64,000 nt of DNA from Octopus sinensis (lineage: Eukaryota): assembly GCF_006345805.1 (NCBI RefSeq), contig NC_043000.1, forward strand, positions 76,074,001 through 76,138,000. Direction: 5' to 3'. Shown here piece by piece: positions 1 through 11,988 of the stretch. Under the pieces are notes generated by a model, which was given only the letters and a program-made list of their open reading frames with translations, had not been told where the DNA came from and did no database searches. Positions within the stretch are counted from its first letter, which is position 1; each line of letters opens with the position of its first letter. Position numbers and translations under genes: made by a program.

Positions 1-176
1 GAAGTGGCGCAAGAACACGCACGAAACCGAAAAGTGTCGCTTAAGAGGTCACAGATGTGTGACGAAATGAACATGAACATGATTTAAAATAATAAAAGAA
101 GAACAGTAATAAACGAGTGTAGAAAATAATATATAGTGCGTGTGTTTATTTGGCAAAAAATATACCATCCCGAAAT

Positions 177-207
<31 letters not shown>

Positions 208-565
208 CAAATTGAGATAGGGGTTGTAAATGCAACCCTCCATGGGATAACATATATCCAATATACTGCTAGTGAAGTACCCAACAAAGTTAATACATAA
301 ATGTTAAGGATTGCGATGCAATCAATTCATTTACTGTATAATATGGGCAAAGGTAAAATGATTTACCACAAATTACTAATACAAGATAAAAAAAATGGAG
401 AAATACATCTAAATCAAATATCAATTACCAGATAATACTCAATCACATACTTTCTCGAAAAAAATTTTATCAATGGCCAGCATATTAAAAAATACCTTTA
501 ACGGTTAAATTTATCAACAATTCATAAATGAGGGCAAAGGAAAAATTTTCTAATGCCAAATATGC

Positions 566-614
<49 letters not shown>

Positions 615-682
615 TGTTTTCTTCCTCCGTCCTTCTTTAATTCTTTTTTCTCCCCCGCCCTCCTTCGCCGTTTTCTATCTAC

Positions 683-728
<46 letters not shown>

Positions 729-1205
729 TTGATCACACATGACCATCGTCCATCTTTCTTTTCCTCACGTGACCATCTTTCTTTTTCTGCACTGACGTTC
801 AAAAGAGCAGACGTATTTTTTTATCGCTTTCTTCTATCTTTTCTCTTTTTAAAAAAATATGTTTCTCCCAGTGTTCGCTATTTTCTCTAGTTCTGGTCAA
901 ATGACCCTCCATGTTCGTTTTCATTCGGTTTCCTTGTATATCTCCACTGTCATGTTTTTGTTCCCAACTTTGACCCTCCATAAATCATAAATTCTATTTT
1001 AGAATTTATGTGAGCAACTGTCTTTGAAGACTCACATTATCGTTGATTGCTCGAAATGAAGAGTAGACAGACAACTGTTGAAGGGTCCTTTCTCTGAGCT
1101 CACGTGTTTGCGCATTTCATGTTATTTGCACCGTGGGTGACGTCCTGTACCCATATATGCATATATGCATATATATATATATATATACATACATATATAT
1201 ATATA

Positions 1206-1594
1206 TTACTCTTTTTTTTTTACTCTTTTACTTGTTTCAGTCATTTGACTGCGGTCATGCTGGAGCAAATCGAACCCGGGACTTATTCTTTGTAAGCCCA
1301 GTACTTATTCTATCGGTCTCTTTTGCCGAAACGCTAAGTGACGGGGACGTAAACACACCAGCATCGGTTGTCAAGCAATGCTAGGGGGACAAACACAGAC
1401 ACACAAACATACATATATATATATATACATATATACGACAGGCTTCTTTCAGTTTCCGTCTACCAAATCCACTCACAAGGCATTGGTCGGCCCGGGGCTA
1501 TAGTAGAAGACACTTGCCCGAGATTCCACGCAGTGGGACTGAACCCGGAACCATGTGGTTGGTTAGCAAGCTACTTACTACACAGCCGCTCCTG
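1206..1594 (-). mobile_element. tRNA-derived SINE, family 1 (bipartite with internal TA microsatellite)
   Basis: Minus-strand head caggagcggctgtgtagtaag...ggttccgggttcagtcccactgc has A/B-box-like motifs and an (AAGAGT)-like tail. Near-identical copies at 12021, 34765, 54392 and 57154. Confidence 0.8.
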
Positions 1595-1927
1595 ATATAT
1601 TACAAATAAGAAAATGGAAAAGCACATTAGTTGGTTCATCAGCTTTAGGATAATAAAATGTTGACTTATTTATTTATTTATCAAAACGACAACGATAATA
1701 ATATACATATATATATATTATATAATTCAATGCATATAATATAAGAATACAAGTAGTTATTAAAAAACATGAATATAAATTATTAAAATCACTTACAGCT
1801 GTTTCAGCCTTTGGAAAAATGTAACTCATTGTGCCTATGTAAGTCAAGTGTATTGGGGTGGTAGGCAATTGAAAATGAGGTACAATCAAAAGTATAAATA
1901 TATACATGAAACAAGATACACGCACAA

Positions 1928-1987
<60 letters not shown>

Positions 1988-2179
1988 GTATATATATATA
2001 TATACATATATATACATATATACACATATACGTGTACTTAAATATATAAATAGACATAATTATACATACAAGCATATAGATAATTAATTACATATCCTGG
2101 AGCGTACATATACATCCATATCTATGAGTACACATATAATATTTAATTATTACTAATATTATTATAATTATTATTATTA

Positions 2180-2753
2180 CTGAGTGAGCGAGCAGAGCAT
2201 GCCATCAAAGTGACACTGGGGTAAAATATACTAAGCCCAGTATACCCATCATGACTACCCGTCTGATAAGGGTACACCAGGCACATGCATCACAACCATA
2301 TGTGCGCGACATGGTGATCTCATATCAAGATAAACAGCACATGACCTTGCAGGTGGGGCCCAGTTAGAATTTTCTTCAGATCGAGTAACCCATCCCGCTC
2401 AAAAGGTCCCTGAATAAGGGTTGTTTAAGGATGTTGAACGAAACACCCATGTTTCCAGAGGTGAATTATTCAAACCCCAAAGAATCCTTCTCAACACATG
2501 GCTATGATGCTCCCCCACTACTTCTGCTCGTGATCAGAGATGCACATATCGTCAGCCACTAAGGAACATGCTCAACTGGTTAAGGTCAAACAACTCACAA
2601 GCAAATCTGTGGTATTGAGCAGAATATTTGCTGTAGCCCATCTTTTATACCAAGACAAAACAATGTACATGATAACACTTCCAATCAGTTAAGATCAGAA
2701 GCCATGAGAGCCACTGCCTGGTACTGCATCAGGGCATTTTATTATTATTATTA

Positions 2754-2802
<49 letters not shown>

Positions 2803-2829
2803 CATTATTATTATAATTATTATTATTAT

Positions 2830-2862
<33 letters not shown>

Positions 2863-2950
2863 GGATGATGATGATGATGATAATAATAATAATAACAATA
2901 ATAATATTAATAATAATAATAATAATAATGATAATAATAATAATAATAGA
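2180..2950 (+). repeat. Dispersed repeat ending in a long (ATT)n/(GAT)n tail, probably a retroposon 3' end
   Basis: About 555 bp of complex sequence followed directly by (ATT)n(GAT)n(AAT)n at 2737-2950. No ORF of note. Confidence 0.5.
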
Positions 2951-3533
2951 TTCTGTGTATTCTTCACTTCCCAATACATAGTGTAAGAAATTCAAATATA
3001 TAGTATACTATAATATAATATAAACAGATATTTATGAAAGATGTAATCTTATTAATTTTAAAATGACAGTCAATATATTCATATATCATACAGTTAATAT
3101 AGAGTTATTACATTATTATTCTGCATACACATAAGTATATGCGTGTGGGCAACAAATACATGCACATGAACATATATACATACGTACAAATATACACCAA
3201 TACCTATATAATTTTTTTTCTTTTCAACATAACGAAAATATACATACATATTACAACAACATATTTATAATATAATTTTCCAGAAAATTGCGTAATAAAA
3301 GTTCATATATTAAGAGATAAGTTATGTGTGCCTTGTTATTCGTTATATATTAATATTTTAGTGGTTTAAATCTATCGGGGATTGGGGAGCGATTATTTTT
3401 CATCGTAAGCTAAATCTTTGTCTCGGTTACGGTTCGCTGATTGAGAACCAAATGAGTAAAACTAATTTTAAATAGATCATAAATAATTGAAAACGTTAAT
3501 AATATTTATATATCCATATCTTAACGTACATAT

Positions 3534-3567
<34 letters not shown>

Positions 3568-3575
<8 letters not shown>

Positions 3576-3870
3576 ATCACGTGACCGACCAGACCGTCAT
3601 ATGTTGTTACACATCGCTGGTCACAATGCCTTCGCATTGTTTTAGCCTTCGAATGACGCCACCCCGCTGGCTAAGCGAGCAGGCCAAAAGAAGAAAGAGT
3701 GAGAGAAAGAGTGGTGAAAGAGTACAGCAGGGATCACCACCCCCTGCCGGAGCCTCGTGGAGCCTTTAGGTGTTTTCGCTCAATAAACACTCACAACGCT
3801 CGGCCTGGGAATCGAAACCGCAATCCTACGACCGCGAGTCCGCTGCCCTAACCACTGGGCCATTGCGCCT

Positions 3871-3873
<3 letters not shown>
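3568..3873 (-). mobile_element. tRNA-derived SINE, family 2 head with tail X
   Basis: Minus-strand head gtggaggcgcaatggcccagtggttagggcagcgg...ggtttcgattcccag is nearly identical to the head at 15601. Confidence 0.8.
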
Positions 3874-3947
<74 letters not shown>

Positions 3948-3963
3948 CTAAAGGTACATATTA

Positions 3964-4011
<48 letters not shown>

Positions 4012-4026
4012 TTATTATATAGAAGG

Positions 4027-4076
4027 AGCTTTACAGGACTAGAACTGTTTCATTCAAGAGAAATCTTCAGGAAGCT
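4027..4076 (-). ncRNA. Mirror hammerhead motif on the opposite arm of the palindrome (G1.1 missing)
   Basis: Minus strand reads AGCUUC-CUGAAGA-stem II-GAAACAG-UUCUAGUC-CUGUA-AAGCU. The single indel between the arms removes the first stem I pair. Confidence 0.55.
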
Positions 4077-4122
4077 CCTGAAGATTTCTCTTGAATGAAA
4101 CAGTTCTAGTCCTGTAGAAGCT
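4073..4122 (+). ncRNA. Type I hammerhead ribozyme (GUA cleavage triplet)
   Basis: Stem I AGCUC/GAAGCU; core CUGAAGA at 4078-4084; stem II UUC/GAA with a U.U closing mismatch; GAAA at 4097-4100; stem III ACAG/CUGU; predicted cleavage after A4116. Confidence 0.7.
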
Positions 4123-4205
4123 CCTTCTATATAATAAATTAATTTTACTCTGCTATGTATTGAGTACCTTATTTACTGTGGTTAACCCCGAATCAACCCG
4201 GGACC

Positions 4206-4277
<72 letters not shown>

Positions 4278-5371
4278 ACACACAGATATATATACACACA
4301 CATATATGTATACATATATGTACTAATAATAACACTAACAAGTAAAATAATATATTATTTTATTTTATTTTATGTAAAAACTATGTAATTTATTAATGTA
4401 TATTTTCTTAGCAACTAAAATGTGTAACATAAGTTTGGAGTATGAATTTGCAATATATCGAAGATAACTACTATAGGTATATATAAATAGATACACCGTA
4501 TTTATATCCCGTTATTACAATGTAAATCGTTAAATTTATTTTCAAATTAGTTATTAAACGTTAACAATAAATTCATATATTAGCTATACTTGCATAAGTT
4601 GATCGAAGGGAAGTAATTCAGGATTATTTATCTACAACATTTTAATAAAGCATACAAACCCCTATATAATAAGTGGACTAATTAATTAGTTAACTAAACA
4701 AACAAATATATAATCCAAACTTATGTTATATAGATTTTATATATACATTACATGCCGTCAACCTATATATATTGAAGTATACAAATATATACGCATATAT
4801 ACATACGTACATATACATAAATATACACATACGCAGTTATATACGGATATATTCAACCACAAAGCCACAGATGCATATATACAGCCATGCCTATATTAAT
4901 ATATATATACATACATATACATTTATACACCAACATATATATCCATATATACAAACACAGACATATCTATATACATTTATACACTTGGTTAACACAACAA
5001 TCGAACAAATAAACTTATTATTAGTTAAATAATTTTATATAGGCATCACGTTCATTAAATAAGCAAAAACTTACCTATGTCTATAAATACATTGATATAG
5101 ACACTTACATATACATACATGTAAACCTCCATACATACAATATTAATTGATATACATACATACCCATATACATCTACATATATACATACCCATATACATC
5201 TACACATATACATACCCATATACATCTACACATTTACATACATATATACATATACATACATATGTCCATATATATACATAACATTCATTTATACATTCAT
5301 CCACACATATATATATACATATATACACATATATACATCTACATGGTCATACACATACATACTTACACTTA

Positions 5372-5439
<68 letters not shown>

Positions 5440-5502
5440 TATATATATATATATATGAGAAAGTTGGTTTGTGAAAGCACGTGGTTGAATATATAGAAAA
5501 TA

Positions 5503-6742
5503 GTAAAAAGTGAAAAAACTACAGAAGGCTTGTTTTAAAAGGTTAAAAAATATATATTTGAGTCAATATGTCTGAAGAATATTATAAATCTTTTTCTTAC
5601 AATGACATAGTTTAGAAGAAATGACCGGTTTCGCGTTCAGCTTTTCAAATTTCTTACATCGTTATGTTTATGTTGAGAAGAGTTCTAGATAAAGGGCGGT
5701 AATAAGTGATTTCTTCCGGTGTAAGGGAGATAATCGCTTAAAATTTTTTTCCTTTCCTTTGGGGTAAATTTATCTGTATAAGTATGTTGGAATGGTTAAG
5801 TCTGGGCTTGTACTTTTCAATGAAGAATGTTTCCTTGTTTAGTCTAATTTGTGTTGGTGTTCCGATAGCACATTGGTAAAATGGAAAGATTAAAAATTGT
5901 GGTAGTAGTTGCTTTGCGCATTTCTCAATGTGCTCACTAAAAGGTATCATTCTGTATTCTGGGAATGCAATCTGTTGTCGATGCAGTGTGCATCTACGTC
6001 TGAGTGATAGTCCCGTGGATCCCACGTAGTCTTGGTGGCAGCCCGAGCATTTTATGACATAAATTATGTTTTCAGAGGCACAAGTAAAATTAAATTTGAT
6101 CTTGAATTTCTGTCCCTCTTTGAAGAGGAATTCTGATCCTTCTAGCAGGTTTGGACATGTTGCACAGTTCGGTCTACCACATTTTTTTACTTTTGCATCC
6201 GTAATTTCAGAAAACAATTTTGCCTTTGTGAGAATCTTTTTAAGTGATTTAGGTTGTTTGTAGCTTTTAATGATTTGGTGTATGTTTAGAATTTCCTTTA
6301 ATTTGGGGTCCTTATGAAGTATTGGTAAATTCTGGGTGATGATGGTGAAGGCTTCTTTGTTTCTGGGGTTGTATGTGGATATGTAAGGTAGTATTTTCGG
6401 GGAAGGTGTGTTGTTGTGTTGAACTTTTCTTAAAGTTTCTATGTTGATTTCTGTTGTACGCCTGATCCCATCCTCTATGAGTTGAGCTGGGTAATGTCTG
6501 TCAATTAGGGTGTTTTTGAGTTCTTGCAGTCTAAAGTTCCTGGTATTTTGTTCTGACACCTTCAACCTTGCAAGAAGGATATGCACAATAGTGCATATCC
6601 TTCTTGCAAGGTTGAAGGGGATGTTTGTTTTAGTGTGTCTTGTGTGGCATGAATTAAAAAGAAGGTATTGTTTGGCGTCTGTGGCTTTGTAAAAAATGTC
6701 TGTTTCTATTTTAAGGTTAATTTTTTTAATTAGTATATCCAA
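5503..6742 (-). mobile_element. 5'-truncated Penelope-like element A (RT C-terminus + Cys-rich linker + GIY-YIG, Neptune-like)
   Basis: ORF 5738-6742 has (F)LDI, IFYKATD and SCH..HTK..IPFNLARRI RT-thumb motifs, a KCGRPNCATC linker and IIYVIKCSGC...YVGST..L..R GIY-YIG. A 3' pLTR-like region follows. Confidence 0.9.
5616..5655 (-). ncRNA. Identical U3-A8 hammerhead in the left arm
   Basis: Exact reverse complement of 7238-7277. Confidence 0.75.
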
Positions 6743-6745
6743 GAA

Positions 6746-7391
6746 TGCTAGAAGGATCAGAATTCCTCTTCAAAGAGGGACAGAAATTCAAGATCAAATC
6801 TAATTTTACTTGTGCCTCTGAAAACATAATTTATGTCATAAAATGCTCGGGCTGCCACCAAGACTACGTGGGATCCACGGGACTATCACTCAGACGTAGA
6901 TGCACACTGCACCGACAACAGATTGCATTCCCAGAATACAGAATGATACCTTTTAGTGAGCACATTGAGAAATGCGCAAAGCAACTACTACCACAATTTT
7001 TAATCTTTCCATTTTACCAATGTGCTATCGGAACTCCAACACAAATTAGACTAAACAAGGAAACATTCTTCATTGAAAAGTACAAGCCCAGACTTAACCA
7101 TTCCAACATACTTATACAGAGAAATTTACCCCAAAGGAAAGGAAAAAAAGTTTAAGCGATTATCTCCCTTACACCGGAAGAAATCACTTATTACCTCCCC
7201 TTATCTAGAACTCTTCTCAACATAAACATAACGATGTAAGAAATTTGAAAAGCTGAACGCGAAACCGGTCATTTCTTCTAAACTATGTCATTGTAAGAAA
7301 AAAAATTTATAATATTCTTCAGACATATTGACTCAAATATATATTTTTTAACCTTTTAAAACAAGCCTTCTGTAGTTTTTTCACTTTTTAC
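6746..7391 (+). mobile_element. Inverted partial copy of PLE A (GIY-YIG + pLTR)
   Basis: Reverse complement of 5503-6147 with about 8-10 differences by eye. ORF 6745-7155 repeats the endonuclease domain. Confidence 0.92.
7238..7277 (+). ncRNA. PLE pLTR hammerhead, U3-A8 variant with palindromic short stem III
   Basis: Stem I AAGAAAU/AUUUCUU (7 bp); core UUGAAAA; stem II GC-UGAAC-GC; GAAA; stem III ACCGGU; C17 at 7270. Confidence 0.75.
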
Positions 7392-7397
7392 GATTTT

Positions 7398-7461
<64 letters not shown>

Positions 7462-7495
7462 TATATTTGTATGTATGTATATGTAGGTTCTTTGA

Positions 7496-7533
<38 letters not shown>

Positions 7534-7757
7534 TCAAAGAACCTACATATACATACATACATACAAATATACATACACAAGCCCACATATACACACACCC
7601 CTACACACATATATATATATGTAAAAGCAAATACACCCACACACATATATACACATACATATATACACATACACATACGCTTACACACACAAACATATTT
7701 ATATATCCTAATATAAATACATAAATGCACATATATATCTACATAAGTATAAACTAA

Positions 7758-7823
<66 letters not shown>

Positions 7824-8027
7824 TTCACCTACCTTTAAAACCTAATATACATAATTAACAACAAAATAAGAACTAAAAACATATATATATATACATACCC
7901 AAACCTATGTACATGCATGCACACATATACATGCATACATACATATTACATAACTTCCTGCACAGAAACATATGCAAATATATATATATATATACATACA
8001 TACATATATAGATACATAGGCATACAT

Positions 8028-8076
<49 letters not shown>

Positions 8077-8344
8077 CTATATATATCTACAGCCTATTGC
8101 AATTTAACTATTAAGATACATTAAAGTAATAATTGTTCACTCTAACTAATTACAGCTGATTCAATGGGTAAATTAGAATATGTTTTATTTGTATTTGGAG
8201 AAAGTATACCCAATTTTATGAAGACATGAGACAATATTTACTTAAAATTGTTAATGTGCGGTAATTTAGCCCTAGTTAGAAAGAAAATTTCATTAATACA
8301 TAGTGAACATTTTCTATTTTTATTATTATACGCAGGTGCTGATA

Positions 8345-8859
8345 TTAGTATCTTCCATTGTAAATTATAATTAATTTTTTTATCTTTAAGTTCCCATATA
8401 TATATGTACTTAACCCTGTAGAATTTCTCCTATTTCTGTTTCTAAATGTATATCTGTGATAATTAAATCTTTGTTTCAAATTATTCTTCGTAGCTCCGAT
8501 ATAAACCTTCCTGACGTATTGTGTACTTACTATACATTGATATACTACCTCCTTCCTAATGTAGTCATTATTAAATACACAATTTTTTCTTATTCTACAA
8601 TTACACTTTCTATGTTGTTGTGCAGGGTTTATGTTATTGGAGTTAATAGTCACAATATTATTATTATTATCAGTATTATTTACTATGTCATTGTCCATCT
8701 GCAAACTATTATTAATATTATTATTATTGTTCCTATTATTATTATTGTTATTGTTATTACCTATAATGTTATCATTATTATTTTTATTATTGTTGTTGTT
8801 GTGGTGGTATTTCCATTATTATTGTCATTTCGATTATTACTATTATTATTATTATTAAC

Positions 8860-8914
<55 letters not shown>

Positions 8915-9314
8915 TAATAATAATAATAATTGTTATTATTATTATTATTATTATATTTTGTGCTATTGTTATTCATGTTTGTGTTACTTAAATTATTTTT
9001 TCTACTTAGATAGAAATTGTCAAGTTTTCTATTGTTAATTGAGGATATGATGGTGGCTATATCCTATTGTTATTGTTTTTTATTAATTATTTCCCAATAT
9101 TTTTTCCTTTTTCAAAATGTTTGTTTATTATATTGAAAATATTTTTTACTATATTATTTTTTATTTGCATAGCATAACGTATTATTAACCATAAAGTATA
9201 TATTTCATTATTTTCCTTATAAGGTTTTCAATTTCCTTATTTTTATTCCTACTTTTATAACTTTTATAATTAATAGTATTCTTTTTGTTATAATTTATAC
9301 TAAATATTTCATTA

Positions 9315-9375
<61 letters not shown>

Positions 9376-9999
9376 CATCATTTATGGGATTTCCAATCCT
9401 ATTTATACTATTGTTACTATTTTTATTTTATTTTTATTATTATTGTTGTTATTTATCTTTTTATTTGTATTAGTGCTGTATTTGTCTAAACTAAGTGTGT
9501 TTGTTGTTATTATTCTATGCTGAGTATTAATGTTAATATTATTGGGGATATATTTTATTTTACCATTATATCCTGCCTTATGTAATGCTCTATTGTATTT
9601 TTCCCTATGACTATTAAATATCTCTTCATGCGAAGATAGGTTAGAAATTCTTTTACTTATGTTTAGTAGTAGGGCTTTTTTTATTTGCGGAGGGTGATTA
9701 CTGGAATTATTTATATATCTTAAATTAGAATTTTGTTTCACATAAGGTTCGTAGAGTTCAGTATTAGGGTTGCAATTAACATCTAAATAATTTATAAAAT
9801 AATATTAATTTTCGATAGTTATGGATAGGCCAAAATTATTTGTGCAAACCTTTTTAAAGTATTTCTAGACGTCTATTCGAAAGATTCCTAACTAGGAATA
9901 ATGCATCGTCTCTATAAAGACCACCAGTTAATTCAGGGAATTCCTTACCTATATTGTCTAATAAATAAAGACCTACCATGTCAGTCGTTTCCGCTGAGT
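8345..9999 (-). mobile_element. Decayed Penelope-like element B (RT core to GIY-YIG)
   Basis: Minus-strand translation near 9900-9999 gives SAETTDMVGLYLL...GGLYRDDAL. ORF 9403-9741 has YINNSSNHPPQIKK. ORF 8345-8704 has CNCR...VVYQC...VYIGATKNNLKQRFNYH. Frameshifts and AAT expansions are present. Confidence 0.85.
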
Positions 10000-11247
10000 T
10001 TGGCGATCCCAAAAAACGATAGACATCCAAGAGTTACAGAAAACAAAACAACACCATGACACACTTAAAGCTCTATCTTACGTATCAACACACAGTCCAA
10101 GAAACCAGGAAGCATACAACATCATCCATCAAAACATACTCATCCTTATGAAGGACCCACGAATGAAAAAGACACTAGAAACACATAGGATTATTAAAAG
10201 CAAGAGACAACCAACAACCTCTAAAAAAAATTACTCACCAGCGCCAAATTACCCACCAAAAATATAACCCCACAAGTCAAAAAATGCAACCGACCTAACT
10301 GCGGAACTTGCACCTTTATGCAAATTTAAGTCACGCCTAACTTTTACCATAAAACATGACTTCATCTGTGCTTCGAAGAACTTAATCTATGTTCTTAAAT
10401 GTGGAGGTTGTGGTGGAGACTACATTGGTCAAACAAGCTTAACTTTGAGGGATAGACTTACGGTGCACAGACAACAAATCCGGGACCCCACGACTAGGAA
10501 AATTCCCGTTAGCCAACACCTAGACCAATGCCTCGTAGACAAAAACCCTAAATACCAAAGCTTCCCTTTCTATCAATGCACTGGAAACACTTCAACCCAA
10601 TTCCGTTTAAATAAGGAAAACATACTGATTAAAAGATATAAACCACAGCTAAATATCCTTTAGAAAGAAAAAGATCAGTATAAAGAAGAGAAAAACACCC
10701 AATTTCAACACAAAAAAATAAAATTTTAGTAACAATCTTCCACCCGGGTTTCGAAACCGCAGCTCCAAATCACCACACAAACACAAGAAGCTGACGTCAC
10801 CCACCTCCAGTCCAACGAAATTCCACAGACACCAGTTGCTGATGTCACATAATTCCAAACCAATTAAAACCGAACTTCAGCGAATGCAACGAAAAGACCC
10901 TTTAAGAGAACCAACCAACCGGAACGACCTATAACCGTATCCGCAAGGAAACCAACCAACGGAAGAAAAACGTCATCAATTTTTAACGAATCAAAATCAG
11001 ATCCGCTCGCAGAAAAAAATTAATAAATACATCTTTTCCTAAACATACCATTACGAGCGAGAGCGACTGTTTAAAGAAGATCTGAGAAACCGTAAACCAA
11101 ATTTCCTTTTTTTTACTATTTTAATTCTCATTTTTTTTTCAGTATGACTTCTCGACCCCCACTGAAATTAATGAACCTTGTACATTCTAAGAAATTAATA
11201 TACAGTTTTAATTTCAAGCTTACACTTGTTTTGAACATGATAATTGA

Positions 11248-11336
11248 TCAACATTGAAACATTTTAAGTTATCAACATTGAAACATTTTAGTTTGTCAAC
11301 ATTGAAACATTTTGATTTGTCAACATTGAAACTTAT
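11248..11336. repeat. 24-bp tandem repeat x about 3.7
   Basis: tcaacattgaaacatttt(aagtta/agtttg/gatttg) units at 11248, 11272, 11296 and 11320. Confidence 0.9.
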
Positions 11337-11351
11337 AACTTTTTACACTTT

Positions 11352-11393
11352 TACCATTGATAAACAAAAAATATCGTTGAAACTAGTTTGGTA
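11352..11393 (+). ncRNA. Hammerhead-like motif, U3-A8 variant, in PLE C 3' region
   Basis: Stem I UACCA/UGGUA; core UUGAUAA; weak stem II; GAAA; palindromic stem III ACUAGU; U17 at 11388. Confidence 0.6.
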
Positions 11394-11505
11394 TATATGT
11401 AAATAAATGTATTTTAAACATTTACGAGCTTTTGAAATTTAAGTGCATTTTCAACAACACATTTCCCTATATTTTTCCTGTGTGGAAACACCACACTCTC
11501 TTTTG

Positions 11506-11589
<84 letters not shown>

Positions 11590-11737
11590 ATATTATATAT
11601 AGAGGGCATTATACATACATGCCAGAGAGCATTATACATACATGCCACACGCTAAGAGGGACAATTAGTCATTTCTACCAAAAATATTACTAATCCCACC
11701 GAATGCAATTTTTCAAAATAAGACATTTAAAAAATAT

Positions 11738-11785
11738 AGACCTGTATCACAGTGATTTCATACTTACGTATTCATCAGCAGGCCT
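11738..11785 (-). ncRNA. Canonical type I hammerhead ribozyme
   Basis: Minus strand reads AGGCCUG-CUGAUGA-AUAC-GUAA-GUAU-GAAA-UCACUGUGAU-A-CAGGUCU: a 7-bp stem I, a perfect 4-bp stem II with GNRA loop, stem III AUCA/UGAU and an AUA triplet. Confidence 0.88.
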
Positions 11786-11947
11786 GAATGTATCATAAAT
11801 AAACGACCCTGCCCCGCTTAAGCCGATCAGCTAACTGATCAACATCAACGAAGCACATGGGTGAGTTTACATATATTACATCCTGTAAATGGCATACTTT
11901 TACGAATTGCATTTCGGGAGAGGAAAAGTTTTTTCGGAATAAAAATT

Positions 11948-11988
11948 TAGCAATTAAGGACAACTACTTAAGTAGTTGTCCTTAATTG

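Larger units (their letters stand above)
4010..4139. repeat. 130-bp near-perfect fold-back palindrome
   Basis: Arms 4010-4072 and 4076-4139 are reverse complements except for one indel. The loop is agc. Confidence 0.95.
10000..11440 (+). mobile_element. 5'-truncated Penelope-like element C (same clade as A), with 3' pLTR
   Basis: Frames give YVSTHSPRNQEAYNII..., KCNRPNCGTC, LIYVLKCGGCGGDYIGQTSLTLRDRLTVHRQQIRDP, homologous to PLE A. The 3' boundary is approximate. Confidence 0.85.

Noticed and set aside
435-485. UUGAUAA...GAAA on the minus strand as another U3-A8 hammerhead
   Set aside because: Stems II and III do not form, and position 17 would be G.
1368-1595. Recurrent MSSNARGTNTDTQ... 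ORF (also 12191, 34932, 54555, 57150)
   Set aside because: Antisense reading of SINE family 1 with variable frames and lengths; not a gene family.
49-2087. Many 60-120 aa ORFs rich in YI/IY, CV, ER, SL or poly-I/N/L (here and throughout the window)
   Set aside because: They are translations of (TA)n, (TG)n, (GA)n and (ATT)n microsatellites.
3568-3585. Tandem CACGTG E-boxes
   Set aside because: Part of the SINE 3' tail with no nearby promoter evidence.
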